A stretch of 64,000 bases of DNA from Ranitomeya imitator (GCF_032444005.1 NC_091285.1:13082001-13146000); one strand, 5' to 3'; shown: positions 32,741 through 46,139, numbered from the stretch's first letter. Program-made: numbers and translations. Notes: generated from the sequence alone by a model not told the origin.

Positions 32741-32923
32741 CAGGGGTGTCAAATTGCATTCCTCGAGGGCCGCAAACAGGTCATGTTTTCAGGATTTCCT
32801 TGTATTGCACAAGGTGCTGGAATCATTCTGTGCAGGTGATTAAATTATCACCTGTGCAATACAAGGAAATCCTGAAAACATGACCTGTTTGCGGCCCTCG
32901 AGGAATGCAGTTTGACACCTCTG
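32741..32923. mobile_element. Palindromic hAT MITE
   Basis: TIR caggggtgtcaaa...tttgacacctctg; 8-bp TSD GTCTACAG. Confidence 0.85.
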
Positions 32924-33019
32924 GTCTACAGTATGTACGCAAGACTCTGCTGGTTGTCATGGTGCTGGATGAGGATACGTTTGTGTGGGGTCAGGAGGTG
33001 TTTACAGTGTGGATGTAGC

Positions 33020-33420
33020 AGAGCCGTGTGTGTATGAGGTGTACGGAACAAAGCTGTATGTGTACGAGGTGTACGGAGCAGAGTTGTATGTGTACGAGGT
33101 GTACGGAGCAGAGTTGTGTGTGTACGATGTGTACGGAGCGGAGCCGTGTGGGTACGATGTGTACGGATCGCAGCCGCATGTGCACGAAGTGTACGGAGCG
33201 CAGCCGCGTGTGTACGTGGTGTACGGAGCACAGCCATGTGTGTACGGAGCCAAGCTGTGTGTGTACGGAGCGGAGCCGCGTGTGTACTAGGTGTACGGAG
33301 CGCAGCCGTGTGTGTACGAGGTATACGGAGCGGGGAGTTGCGTGTGCAAGGTGTACGGAGCAGAGCTGCGTGTGTATGAGGTGTATGGAGCGGAGCCGCG
33401 GGTGTACGGAGTGGACACTA
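33020..33420 (+). repeat. Minisatellite, about 30-bp unit (gtgtacggagcggagccgcgtgtgtacgag)
   Basis: Visible tandem array. Confidence 0.85.
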
Positions 33421-33644
33421 GCTGTGTCGGATCGGAGCAGATATTGCTTCTCGCTCTGACACTGACTGGCACAGGAGACACGGAGAGGTCATTATCAGTG
33501 GCGTAGCGGAGCTGCAGCGATGTGAACAGTCGCACAGCTGGATGACACCATTCAGCGCCGAGAGAGTGGAAGCTTCTGCAAGGGAGCACATTGAAAGGTG
33601 TGTGTGTGTAGTGATGGAGAAGGCAATGATGGAGGTGGGGTAAC

Positions 33645-35101
33645 CATGTGTGGCCATTATACTGTACGCAGTATCATGTGGGGACATTATACAGTATGGA
33701 GCACTGCGTGGCCACTATGCTGTACCCAGCATCATGTGTGGCCATTATACTGTACCCAGCATTATGTTGGGCCATTTTACTGTACCCAGTATCATGTGGG
33801 GCCATTATACAGTATGCAGCATTATGTGGGGCCATTTTACTGTACCCAGTATCATGTGGGGCCATTATACAGTACGCAGCTGTTATGGCTGGCAATCAGG
33901 CAACACAGCGTGCAGTAATCAGCGCACATACAGAGATCTGGCAATAACCAAAAACAATAGGACGAGCTCTGAGACGTGGAATCTCTGTAGACTGCAGTAC
34001 CTGATCTATCCTCACACAACTATAAGCAGCAGTGGATTGCGCCTATCAACTACCTATGCAACTCGGCACTGCCTGAGGAGCTGACTAGCCTGAAGATAGA
34101 AATACAAGCCTGACTTACCTCAGAGAAATACCCCAAAGGAATAGGCAGCCCCCCACATATAATGACTGTTAGCAAGATGAAAAGACAAACGTAGGAATGA
34201 AATAGATTCAGCAAAGTGAGGCCCGATATTCTAGACAGAGCGAGGATAGCAAAGAGAACTATGCAGTCTACAAAAAACCCTAAAACGAAAACCACGCAAA
34301 GGGGCAAAAAGACCCACCGTGCCGAACTAACAGCACGGCGGTGCACCCCTTTGCTTCTCAGAGCTTCCAGCAAAAGTTAATAGCAAGCTGGACAGAAAAA
34401 ACAGAAAACAAACTAGAAGCACTTATCTAGCAGAGCAGCAGGCCCAAGGAAAGATGCAGTAGCTCAGATCCAACACTGGAACATTGACAAGGAGCAAGGA
34501 AGACAGACTCAGGTGGAGCTAAATAGCAAGGCAGCCAACGAGCTCACCAAAACACCTGAGGGAGGAAGCCCAGAGACTGCAATACCACTTGTGACCACAG
34601 AAGTGAACTCAGCCACAGAATTCACAACACGCAGCATCATGTGAGGCAATTATACTGTACGCAGCATCATGTGAGGCAATTATACTGTACGCAGCATCAT
34701 GTGAGGCCGTTATACTGTACGCAGCATCATGTGTGTCCATTATACTGTATCCAGCATCATGTTGGGCCATTATACTGTACGCAGCATCATGTGGGGGCCA
34801 TTATACTGTATGCAGCATCATGTGGGGGCCATTATACTGTATGCAGCATCATGTGGGGGCCATTATACAGTGTTGAGCATCATGTGTGGCTATTATACAG
34901 TATGGAGCAGTGTGTGTGGCCATTATACAGTATTGAGCATCATGTGTGGCCATTATACAGTATTGAGCATCATGTGTGGCCATTATACAGTATGGAACAC
35001 TGTGTGGCCATTATACAGTATAGAGCATAATGTGTGGCCATTATACAGTATGGAGCATCATGTGTGACCATTATACAGTATTGAGCACTATGTGTGGCCA
35101 T
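33645..35101 (+). repeat. Minisatellite, about 29-30-bp unit (ggccattatacagtatggagcatcatgtgt), interrupted by an LTR; further units near 35866, 37665 and 38710
   Basis: Visible tandem array. Confidence 0.9.
33881..34629. mobile_element. Solo LTR inserted in the minisatellite
   Basis: TGTTATGG...CACAACA termini, flanked by duplicated (C)GCAGC. Confidence 0.75.
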
Positions 35102-35865
35102 TAGTGTTGAGCGATACCATCCGATACTTGAAAGTATCGGTATCGGATAGTATCGGCCGATACCCGAAAAGTATCGGATATCGCCGATACCGATATCCGA
35201 TACCAATACAAGTCAATGGGACACCAAGTATCGGAAGGTATCCTGATGGTTCCCAGGGTCTGAAGGAGAGGAAACTCTCCTTCAGGCCCTGGGATCCATA
35301 TTAATGTGTAAAATAAAGAATTAAAATAAAAAATATTGATATATTCACCTCTCCGGCGGCCCCTGGACATCACGCTGGTAACCGGCAGGCTTCTTTGTTT
35401 AAAATGAGCGCGTTTAGGACCTGAGAATGACGTCACGGCTTCTGATTGGTCGCGTGCCGCTCATGTGACCGCCACGCGACCAATCAGAAGCCGCGACGTC
35501 ATTCGCAGGTCCTAAATTCCTAGAATGAGGAGTTTAGTGAATGAGAATGACGTCGCGGCTTCTGATTGGTCGCGTGGCGGTCACATGAGCGGCACGCGAC
35601 CAATCAGAAGCCGCGACGTCATTCTCAGGTCCTAAACGCACTCATTTTAAACAAAGAAGCCTGCCGGTTACCAGCGTGATGTCCAGGGGCCGCCGGAGAG
35701 GTGAATATATCAATATTTTTTATTTTAATTCTTTATTTTACACATCCCTATGGATCCGATACCGATACCCGATACCACAAAAGTATCGGATCTCGGTATC
35801 AGAATTCCGACACCGCAAGTATCGGCCGATACCCGATACTTGCGGTATCGGAATGCTCAACACTA
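35102..35865. mobile_element. hAT-type MITE (TAGTGTTGAGC family)
   Basis: TIRs plus 8-bp TSD GTGGCCAT; long internal palindrome. Confidence 0.92.
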
Positions 35866-36059
35866 GTGGCCATTATACAGTATAGAGCATCATGTGTGGC
35901 CAGCGTCGGACTGGAGCACCTTGGGCCCACCAGAGAAAATCATTCTTGGGGCCCACTATGTAGCTACATAGAAATAGATACAAGACCACCAATTGTGCAG
36001 TAAAAAGTGCTAATATCAGGACACTAATATCAGGGTATAATATAAGGTAGTTCACGTCT

Positions 36060-37125
36060 TAATTATGTAGCAGGGGTTGGGGTAGCCCCCTCACAGAATA
36101 TAATTTAGCCCCATGATAAAATATAACGCAGTCCCTTCTCATAGAATACAATGCAGCACCCCACAAAATATAATGCAACCCCCACAGGCATAATGCAGTT
36201 CCCACCATAGAATATAATGTAGCACCCTCATAGGGTATAATGCAGCCACCACAGAATATAATGTAGTCAACTGAGAGAATGCAGCCCCCCCATAGAGTAC
36301 ACTGTAGCCCCCTCACATAGTATGATGTAGCCCCCTATAATATAATGTAGTCCCCTGAGAATAATGCAGTCCCCCACAGAATATAATGTAGCCCCCTCAT
36401 AAAGTGTAATGCAGCCCCTCTCCACCCCATCATTGTCCTCATCACCACCCTTATCATTGCCTTCTCCCCCACCACCCCTATCAATCTCCCCCACCACCTC
36501 TATCACTGCCCATTCCACCACCTGCATCATTGCCTCCTTCCCCACCATCATTATCCATTTCATCACCTCCATCATTGCCTCCCCCCACCTTTATTGCACA
36601 TCACCTCCATCATTGCCTCCCACCTCCACCATTGCTCATTGCCTCCCCCTCCACCATCATTGCCCATCACCTCCATCATTCCCTCCCTCACCATGATTGC
36701 CCATCACCTCCATAATTGTCCCCCCCACCACCACCAATGCCCATCACCTCCATCATTGCTTCCCCCACCATCATTGCCTCCCCACCACCACCATTGCCCA
36801 TCACCTCCATCATTGTCTCCCCCACCACCATCATTGCCCATCACCTCCATCATTGCCTCCCCCCACCACCATCATTGCTTATTACCTCCATCATTGCCTC
36901 CCCACCATCTTTGCCTATCACCTCCATCATTGCCTCCCCCACCATCATTGCCCATCACTTTCATCATTGCCTCCCCTCACCCTCATTGCCCATCACCTCC
37001 ATCATTGTCTCCCCCATCATTGCCCATCTCTTCCATCATTGCCTCCCCACCACCATCGTCATTGCCCATCACCTCCATCATTGTCTCCCCCTACCAATAT
37101 CATTGTCCTTCACCACACACACAGC
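36060..37125 (+). repeat. Low-complexity arrays (atataatgcagcccc; ccatcattgcctcccc)
   Basis: Degenerate tandem repeats; source of the Pro/His-rich spurious ORFs. Confidence 0.85.
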
Positions 37126-37711
37126 TCACCAACACACACACAGCACAGCTCACCACCCTGCAGCAGCCGCTCACCCTAGCAGCCTCTTCCTCGCTGGATT
37201 CCTGGAAGCTACTCTACTGAGACAGCAGCACGCTGGATGATGACAGGAAGCAGGACGCTGGGAGGTGAGCTGCTCTGTGAGTTTGTGTGCCTGCATGTGT
37301 GCTGTGTGTGCGTATGCGTTACTTTGTGAGTGAGTGTGTGTGTGGTGTGGCTTTACATGCGGGCAGTGTTAGCTGCACCCTGCGGCTAATGCTGCCCGCT
37401 ATTAAAGATAAGTTGTATTCACTCCTCTCCACGCCCATAGGGGCGTGGGGAAGCGTGAATATTCATTTTGCTTTAGCAGCGGGGACAGGAGGATCCTGTC
37501 TCCAGCTGATGCTACTGGCACAGGGTGGGCCCCCTCAACTCAGGGGCCCTATAGCCACTGTGTGGGGGCCCTAGGCAGCTGCTGGCCAGTATGCCAGCAG
37601 ATGTCAGTACCACAGCCCACCGGAGAATCCTCCGGTTCACCGGTGGGCCAGTCCGAGCCTCTGTGTGGCCATTATATAGTATAGAGCATCATGTGTGGCC
37701 ATTATACAGTA

Positions 37712-38707
37712 CTAGATGGTGGCCCGATTCTAACTCATCGGGTATTTTAGAATATGTATGTATATAGCAGCCATGTAGTATATAGCATACAAGCGATGCT
37801 TGTCTTTTTATATAACATATAAATAGTACGTGGCCTGTGCTATACCGTATGTGTCTGCTATATACATACATATTGTAGAATACCCGATGCGTTAATACAG
37901 GCCACGCAATATATAACACAGCCCACGCAGTATATAGCAGCCACGTAGTATATAACACAGGTGATGTAGTATATAACAGCCCACGCAGTACAAAACACAG
38001 GCCACATAGTATGTAACACTGGCCATGTAGTATATAACGCAGCCCACGCAGTATTTAGCAGTGTGGGCACATATCCCTGTTAAAAAAAAATAATGAATTA
38101 AAATAAAGTTACATACTCACCCCCTGGGATCCAACGGCGCTCTGGCGATTGGCACGCGGCTGCCGCCATCTTCCGTTTCCAGGATGCATTGCGAAATTAC
38201 CCAGAAGACTTAGCGGTCTCGCGAGACCGCTAAGTCTTCTGGGTAATTTCGCAATACATTTTTGGGACCAGAAGCTGGCGGAAGGCGCAAGCGCATCGTC
38301 GGACTACGGAGGGTGAGTATAGCAGGTTTTTTTTAATTATTATTTTTAACATTTGATTTTTTTTACTATTGACGCTGCATAGGCGTTATCAATAGTAAAA
38401 CGTTGGGGACACAGGATTAATAGCAGCGGTAACTGAGTGCGTAACCCGCAGCATAACGTGGTCCGTTACCACTGGCATTAACCCTGTGTGAGCGGTGACC
38501 GGAGGGGAGTATGGAGCGAGCGGGCGCCGGGCACTAACTGCAGGGGAGTAGGGAGGGACTAATTGGACTGTGCCCGTCGCTGACTGGTCGTGGCAGCCAT
38601 GAGAGGCAGCTGGCAAGACCAATCAGCGACTTGGATTCCATGACAGACAGAGGCTGCGACCAATGAATATCCATGACAGACAGACGTGACCCTTAGACAA
38701 TTATATA
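37712..38707 (-). mobile_element. Non-autonomous Helitron-like element
   Basis: The minus strand ends with hairpin cccgat-gagttaga-atcggg, then ccaccatCTAG|T. No TSD; internal palindrome 38180-38260. Confidence 0.6.
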
Positions 38708-39159
38708 GTGTATGGAGCACTGTGTGTGGCCATTATACAGTATGGAGCATCATGTGCTGCCATTATACAGTATTGAGCACTATGTGTGGCCATTATGGCA
38801 TTATTGGATTCCCTAGCAACCCCCACATGTACTTATGCTGGCTAACAGATGTAAATCATTCAGCTGCGTCAAGAAAAACTAAATTTCCGAGCACTAAAAA
38901 ATACTCGGAGGACACCCAAGCGTGCTTGAGAAATCTCGAGTAACGTGTATATTCGCTCATCACAGGGAACATGGAAAGATTAGTGGTGCCTCACCGGAAT
39001 CCAAATGAACACAGGTGCCAGGAACAAGTGGCTGCATACCACTTAATAGCAACTGAAAAAAGGAAAGGAAAAAAGTTCCAGCACAAGAAGTCTTCATAAA
39101 ATCTTCAGTATATTCTCACGTCAAGAAAAAAAACAGCATGCGGGGACGCAGCCCCTAAA

Positions 39160-39198
39160 TGGCTGACGCGTTTCGAACAAAGTTCTTAGTCATAGGCA
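39160..39198 (-). ncRNA. Degenerate hammerhead-like fold in a Penelope-type terminal fragment
   Basis: Minus strand: tgcc-tatgactaa-gaac[ttt]gttc-GAAA-CGCG-TC-agcca. Confidence 0.4.
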
Positions 39199-39507
39199 TA
39201 TGAACAATACATAAAAACATCCTTCTATACCCATTCCATTAAGTAAAACCATGTACACCTGTTGCTTGACATGATTGGTTTACATTCATTGCAAAGTCAA
39301 ATGTGAGACAGCCTACCAGAAAATCAGGACGCCTACACAGATTATATTGTCTCCTTATCCACAAAAGAGAAGTTTGTGAGATATATCACCACTGGTGTGA
39401 TATACCACATCACACCAGAGATCAGCGGCGTCAGCTCTTATGGTGACGGTGTGGGTGGCTCTTAAAAGAGCCTTTGGGTTGTGTGGATGATACAGGGTCA
39501 GTGTCGC

Positions 39508-40606
<1,099 letters not shown>

Positions 40607-40871
40607 TCTGCTCCGTGCTCTGCACCCACAACCCAAAGGCTCTTCTAAGAGCCACCCACCCCGTCTACATCAGAGCTGTGGCTGCGTGCCTGTGTCCTGC
40701 TGCACTGACCGGCATTGTAAAAGATGACCTGCAAAATATACTGCAGAAAACATACTCTACCACCAGCCTGGATATGTGGCATGAAAGAGAGGGCAGAGAT
40801 GAGGATCACCTGGAGGCACCGAGCATGTGGAACTGGGGAAAGTTAGCAGCCATTGACACTGCTGGATAGTT

Positions 40872-42419
40872 ACCACCCCCGGGTTAGCCCCCCCTTATTG
40901 AGAATTTGGGTAAAAAATCATTCTATTCGTTAGATCTTTGTTAGATCCGGTTTGATCAACCAAAACTAACGTTAGATCTCCCCTACAAAATTAGATATTT
41001 ACGATCTATTTCAGGGGGGGCTAACCCGTAGCTAACCCCCCCTACTTTGAAATTTGCCGTTTTTTGGATGGATTCTAATAGATATTCGTTAGATCCGGTT
41101 TGATCAGCAAAAATTAACGTTAGATCTCCTTTCATTCCCGAGATATTGGGGGTGTCAGGTGGAGGGTTAGCTACGGGTTAGCCCCCCCTACTTTGAAATG
41201 TGCCGTTTTTTGGATGTATTCTAATAGATATTCGTTAGATGTGGTTTGATCAGCAAAAATTAACGTTAGATCTCCTTTCGTTCCCGAGATATTGGGGGTG
41301 TCAGGTGGGGGGTTAGCTACGGGTTAGCCCCTTACTTTGACATTTGCTGTTTTTTTTGTATGGATTCTGATAGATATTCGTTAGATCCGTTTGAGCAGCG
41401 GCGACTTCGGCAGGGGCCAGTTGTGGGCAACATCAGGACTTCACTGGCGATGTGTCGTGGTGGAGAAGGGGAGCAGTGTGCTGTGATGATTGTGAAGAGG
41501 CGGGCCTATAGGCATCACGGGGGACGAGAATGACTCACTGACCGAACTTTCAGATTGTCCCACTCACTCACCACCTACTCACTTCACTCTCTCTCTGTTG
41601 GTCTCCCCCAATGCTCTGTCCTTGGACCCCTCCTCTTCTCCATCTACACCTCAGGACTGCTGCTCAAACGAAATCCGTAGCAAAACCCCCACTTGACACC
41701 CCCAATATCTCGGGAACGAAAGGAGATCTAACGTTAACTTTTGCTGATCAAACCGGATCTAACGAATATCTATCAGAATCCATCCAAAAAATGGCAAATT
41801 TCAAAGTAGGGGGGGCTAACCCGTAGCTAACCCCCCACCTGACACCCCCAATATCTCGGGAATGAAAGGGGATCTAACGTTAATTTTTGCTGATCAAACC
41901 AGATCTAACGAATATATATTAGAATCCATCCAAAAAACGTCAAATTTCAAAGTAGGGGGGGCTAACCCGTAGCTAACCCCCCACCTGACACCCCCAATAT
42001 CTCGGGAATGAAAGGAGATCTAACGTTAATTTTTGCTGATCAAACCAGATCTAACGAATATCTATTAGAATCCATCCAAAAAACGTCAAATTTCAAAGTA
42101 GGGGGGGGCTAACCCGTAGCTAACCCTCCACCTGACACCCCCAATATCTCGGGAATGAAAGGAGATCTAACGTTAATTTTTGCTGATCAAACCGGATCTA
42201 ACGAATATCTATTAGAATCCATCCAAAAAACGGCAAATTTCAAAGTAGGAGGGGTTAGCTACGGGTTAGCCCCCCCCTGAAATAGATCGTAAATATCTAA
42301 TTTTGTAGGGGAGATCTAACATTAGTTTTGGTTGATCAAACCGGATCTAACAAAGATCTAACGAATAGAATCATTTTTTACCCAAATTCTCAATAAGGGG
42401 GGGCTAACCCGGGGGTGGT
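40872..42419. mobile_element. Foldback/MULE-like element with long modular TIRs
   Basis: accacccccggg...cccgggggtggt ends, 9-bp TSD TGGATAGTT, arms built from about 146-bp tandem units. Empty site at about 52813 in the paralogous unit. Confidence 0.88.
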
Positions 42420-42552
42420 TGGATAGTTCGGGTGGTGGGGCAGAGTGAAATGGGGGAAAGAGAATGAATTCTATTTTGTCCATGTTCAGTTTTGGAAAGC
42501 GAGCAGAAAAGAATGAAACAGCGGATAGACACTGTGGGATTTTAGTGAGTTA

Positions 42553-42890
42553 GGCTAGGTTCACATTGCGTTAGTGCAATCCGTTTAGCGCTAGCGGATT
42601 GCGCTAACGCAATGTTTTATATGGGGCTGCAGTCGGGGTCGCGGTAACGTCCCCGCTCTCGCAGATCCCCGATCTGCGAGAGCGGGGAACGGACCGCGGG
42701 CGCGCCTCGGACGCTGCAAGCAGCGTCCGCGGCGCGCCAGGAATCACCGGCGCGTCGCTAGCGCGTGCCGAACATGGCACGCGCTAGTGAAGCGCGTTCC
42801 CATTAGTGTGAATGGGCGCGTTAACGGCCGCGTTGCACGGCGTTAATTTCGCCGTGCAACGCGGTCCCATAACGCAATGGGAACCCAGCC
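42553..42890. mobile_element. GC-rich palindromic Harbinger-like MITE
   Basis: ggctaggttcacattgcgtt...aacgcaatgggaacccagcc, TTA/TAA flanks. Absent from the paralogous site near 52938. Confidence 0.8.
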
Positions 42891-43529
42891 TAAGGAGGTG
42901 ATGTCGGGGCGAGATGGGTAGATCTGTGTGTCATTGGCGTAGAGATGATACTGCAAACTGGGATTCTATGAGCTGTCCCAGGCTTATATCCTCTTCATGT
43001 GATCATGTTTTATCTTGTCGTCATGTCTTTATAGTCAACAAAGTATTACATACTGTATCTACTTTCTTTGAACACTTTCTTTGGTTGTGATCTATTTCTA
43101 GGTCTGAATCTCATTGTCCCTAATGGAGAAGCCGATCATTTGTCTATCACAAGAGATACCTGAGCAAAGAACAGTATGGAGGTATAAAGCGCTATATGGG
43201 GGTATATGGCACTACATGGAGGAATACAGGAGTGTATTCAGCAGGGTATATAGCACCATGTGGTGGTATACAGCAGGATATGGAGAGTATATAGCACTAT
43301 ATGGGGGTACACAGCGGAATATGGAGGGTATATAGCACTCTATGGGGGTATACAGCAGGGTAAGGAGTATATAGCACTATATGGGGGTAAGCAGCAGGAT
43401 ATGGAGGATATATAATAGCACTATATGGGGGTATACAGCAGGGTAAGGAGTATATAGCACTATATGGGGGTATACAGCAGGACATGGAGGGTATATAATA
43501 GCACTATATGGGGGTATACAGAGGATATA

Positions 43530-43976
43530 ACCCTTTGCTCCCCTGACCAGTAATGATCTCAGTGATTTCTCTCGGTCTCACGCCGCCATTGTTCCGAGCA
43601 GGAGGTCACCGGGGAGGACTCAGGTCTGTGACTAGATGTAACGTCCTCGCGATAAAAGCGGGAAAATGACAGGAAAAAGTGCGGGAAATTCAAAATCCCC
43701 AACAGTTCTGTGCTCCGCCCACATGTGAGGAGAAGCCGCGGCTCCTGCTGCTGGGGGAGGGGCTGGTGATCGCCCGGTGCCCGGATGGCTGCAGGCTGCT
43801 CTGCGGGAGCTGGAAACATCGGGCACTAAAGGGTTAACACCAAGTGTCTGCGGGGAAGTGACCCTGTGGGCGGAGCTATAGCCCTACTGAGTGCTGATTG
43901 GCTGAATGTGAAATTCCCGCCCAACGGCTGATAGTTTCTTCTTGGGTCTCCAATCTCCTCAGTAACACGTGGTGTC
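43530..43976. promoter_or_regulatory. Most complete copy of the bidirectional promoter module
   Basis: Minus side: TTTGAA-TTTCCCGC, a second TTTTCCCGC, then aacaATGGCGGC|gtgaga (43589-43582). Plus side: GC box, ATTGG, TTCCCGCC, then ATG at 43977. Confidence 0.7.
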
Positions 43977-45185
43977 ATGGCGGCGGCTGCTGTCAGGCTC
44001 AGTGGATGTGGTAGATTCTTCACTATGGGACAAGCTGTTAGCTGTGTATACAGCATATGGCGGTATATACCGCGCTATATGGGGGTCACACACCCCTATA
44101 TGGAGTACGGGAGAATTTTCATCACTTTTTTAGGTTCCCTCCCGCTGTAAATAATGGCAGGATTATACCCACTGTGCCATCCTGACATTATACCCATCTC
44201 TGGCCCAAAGTCGTTTACCCCTTTCAATGACGCCTTTCGGGACCCACTTTGCCCATTTTCCTGTCAGTTTTCCCATCTGTGTCGCTGCTCTCACATCTGT
44301 TACATCCGGGCTCCTCGCTGCATCGTGTTTTATTGTGATTTTTGTTGTTAAACTTGAAAAAATGACAAATAAGAAACAAACATCACAATTATTATATTCT
44401 CCTGATATTACGCACCCTTCACTCCCCAGACCGGTGGGGGTTCCTGATCCATGATGAACTAAAGACTGATCTATTCCTAGGTCTGAATCTCACATTGTCA
44501 TTAAAGGGAACCTGTCACACCCAAAATTGAAGGTGAACTAACCCCACCGGCATCAGGGGCTTATCTACAGCATTCTGTAATGCATTCTGTAATGCTGTAG
44601 ATAAAGCCATCGATGTATCCTGAGAAAAAGAGGTTAGATTATACTCACCCAGGTGCGGTCCGGTCCAATGGGTGTCGCAGTCCAGCGCCTCCCATCTTCT
44701 TACTATGACGTCCTCTTCTTGTCTTCATGTTGCGGCTCTGGCGCAGGCGTACTGATTTGCCCTGTTGAGGGCAGAGCAAGGTACAGCAGTGCGCAGGCGC
44801 TGTGCCTCTGACCTTTCCCGACGCCTGCGCACTGCACTACTTTGCTCTGCCCTCAACAGGACACATCAGTACACCTGTGCCGAAGCCGCAGTGTGAAGAC
44901 AAGAAGTCGGACGTCATCCTATGAAGATGGGAGGCCCTGGACTGGACAGCGACGCCCATTGGACCAGAACCAGACCGGGACCGCCCCTGGGTAAGTATAA
45001 TCTAACCTCTTTTTCTCATCTTTCAGGATACACCGGGGGCTAATCTACAGCATTACAGAATGAAGTTGATAAGCCCCTGATACTGGTGGGCTTAGCTCAC
45101 CCTCGATTTTGGGGGTGACAGGTTCCCTTTAATGGAGAAGCCGATCACTTGTTTATTGAAGCAGGAGCTACTTGAGAAATGCACA
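43977..45185 (+). pseudogene. Exon 1 (43977-44010) and exon 2 (44430-44504 + 45133-45185) of an unidentified gene; exon 2 disrupted by a MITE
   Basis: Phase-1 donor G|gtagat and acceptor ctccccag|AC. Spliced frame MAAAAVRLSGCDRWGFLIHDELKTDLFLGLNLTLSLMEKPITCLLKQELLEKCT, then |gtatgg. Confidence 0.6.
44505..45128. mobile_element. T2/Kolobok-like MITE
   Basis: TIR agggaacctgtcac...gtgacaggttccct; TTAA TSD. Confidence 0.88.
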
Positions 45186-45539
45186 GTATGGAGGTTATGA
45201 AGTGGTATATAGCAGGTTATGAGGATTCATGGAGGATGTATAGTACTATGGGGCTATATAGCAGGATATGGGGGTATACAGCAGTATATGGGGGTTCACG
45301 GAGGATAATATAGCACTATGGGGGTATATAGCAGGATATGGGGGTGTACAGCCAGATATGGGGGTTTAGGACACTATATGGAGTAAAACAGGAGTATCTT
45401 CAGGGCACACAGAACTCTAGGTTCACATTGCGTTGGGGGAATCCGTTTAACGGATACGTTAACACACCCACTGCCATATATTATCCTAACGCATTTCAAA
45501 ATCGGCATACATTAGCGAAGATGCGTTACTTTGTTACTT

Positions 45540-46139
45540 TGTAACGACCAATCACAAGCCGCGACGTCATCTAAGGTCCTTCAAGCGCTGATTCTTAGGA
45601 AGGAAGGCTGCGGGTTAGAACCAGAGCGCGTCCGAGGGTGAGTATATTCCTAATAGGTATACACTCACCCTCGGACGCGCCCTGGTTCTAACCCGCAGCC
45701 TTCCTTCCTAAGAATCAGCGCTTGAAGGACCTTAGATGACGTCGCGGCTTGTGATTGGTCGTGTGACGCCCATGTGACCGCTCACGCGACCAATCACAAG
45801 CCGCGACGTCATCGAAGGCCCTTCAGGCGCTCATTCTTAGGAAGGAAGGCTCCCGGTTACAACCAGGGCGCGTCCGAGGGTAAGTATTTCAATATTTTTT
45901 ATTTTGATTCTTTATTTTACACATTAATATGGATCCCAGGGCCCGAAGGAGAGTTTCCTCTCCTTCAGACCCTGGGAACCATTAGAAACCCAATGCACTG
46001 CATTGGGTTTCGTGTTTCGGCCGACCCCGACCCCAACTTTTCTGTAGGATCGGCCGATTTCACTCGACCCGACTTTTGAAGAAGTCGGGTTTCGTGAAAT
46101 CCGACCCGATCCTGTAAAAACAAAAGTCGCTCAACCCTA
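45540..46139. mobile_element. Truncated hAT-like MITE (TIR TAGGGTTGAGCG)
   Basis: Right end tcgctcaacccta; internal sequence related to the TAGTGTTGAGC family. Confidence 0.6.

Noticed and set aside
32926-33589. Repetitive Cys/Thr-rich ORFs
   Set aside because: Translations of a minisatellite.
33645-35101. Regular ~30-bp repeats resembling a CRISPR array
   Set aside because: Contiguous tandem units with no unique spacers, eukaryotic context, no cas genes.
36409-37240. Long Pro/His-rich ORFs (up to 208 aa)
   Set aside because: Low-complexity repeat open in all three frames.
44440-44490. C/D-box snoRNA-like ATGATGA...CTGA (also near 14440 and 23670)
   Set aside because: Only about 30-35 nt between the boxes, no recognisable rRNA guide, and better explained as coding exon sequence (YDELK/HDELK).
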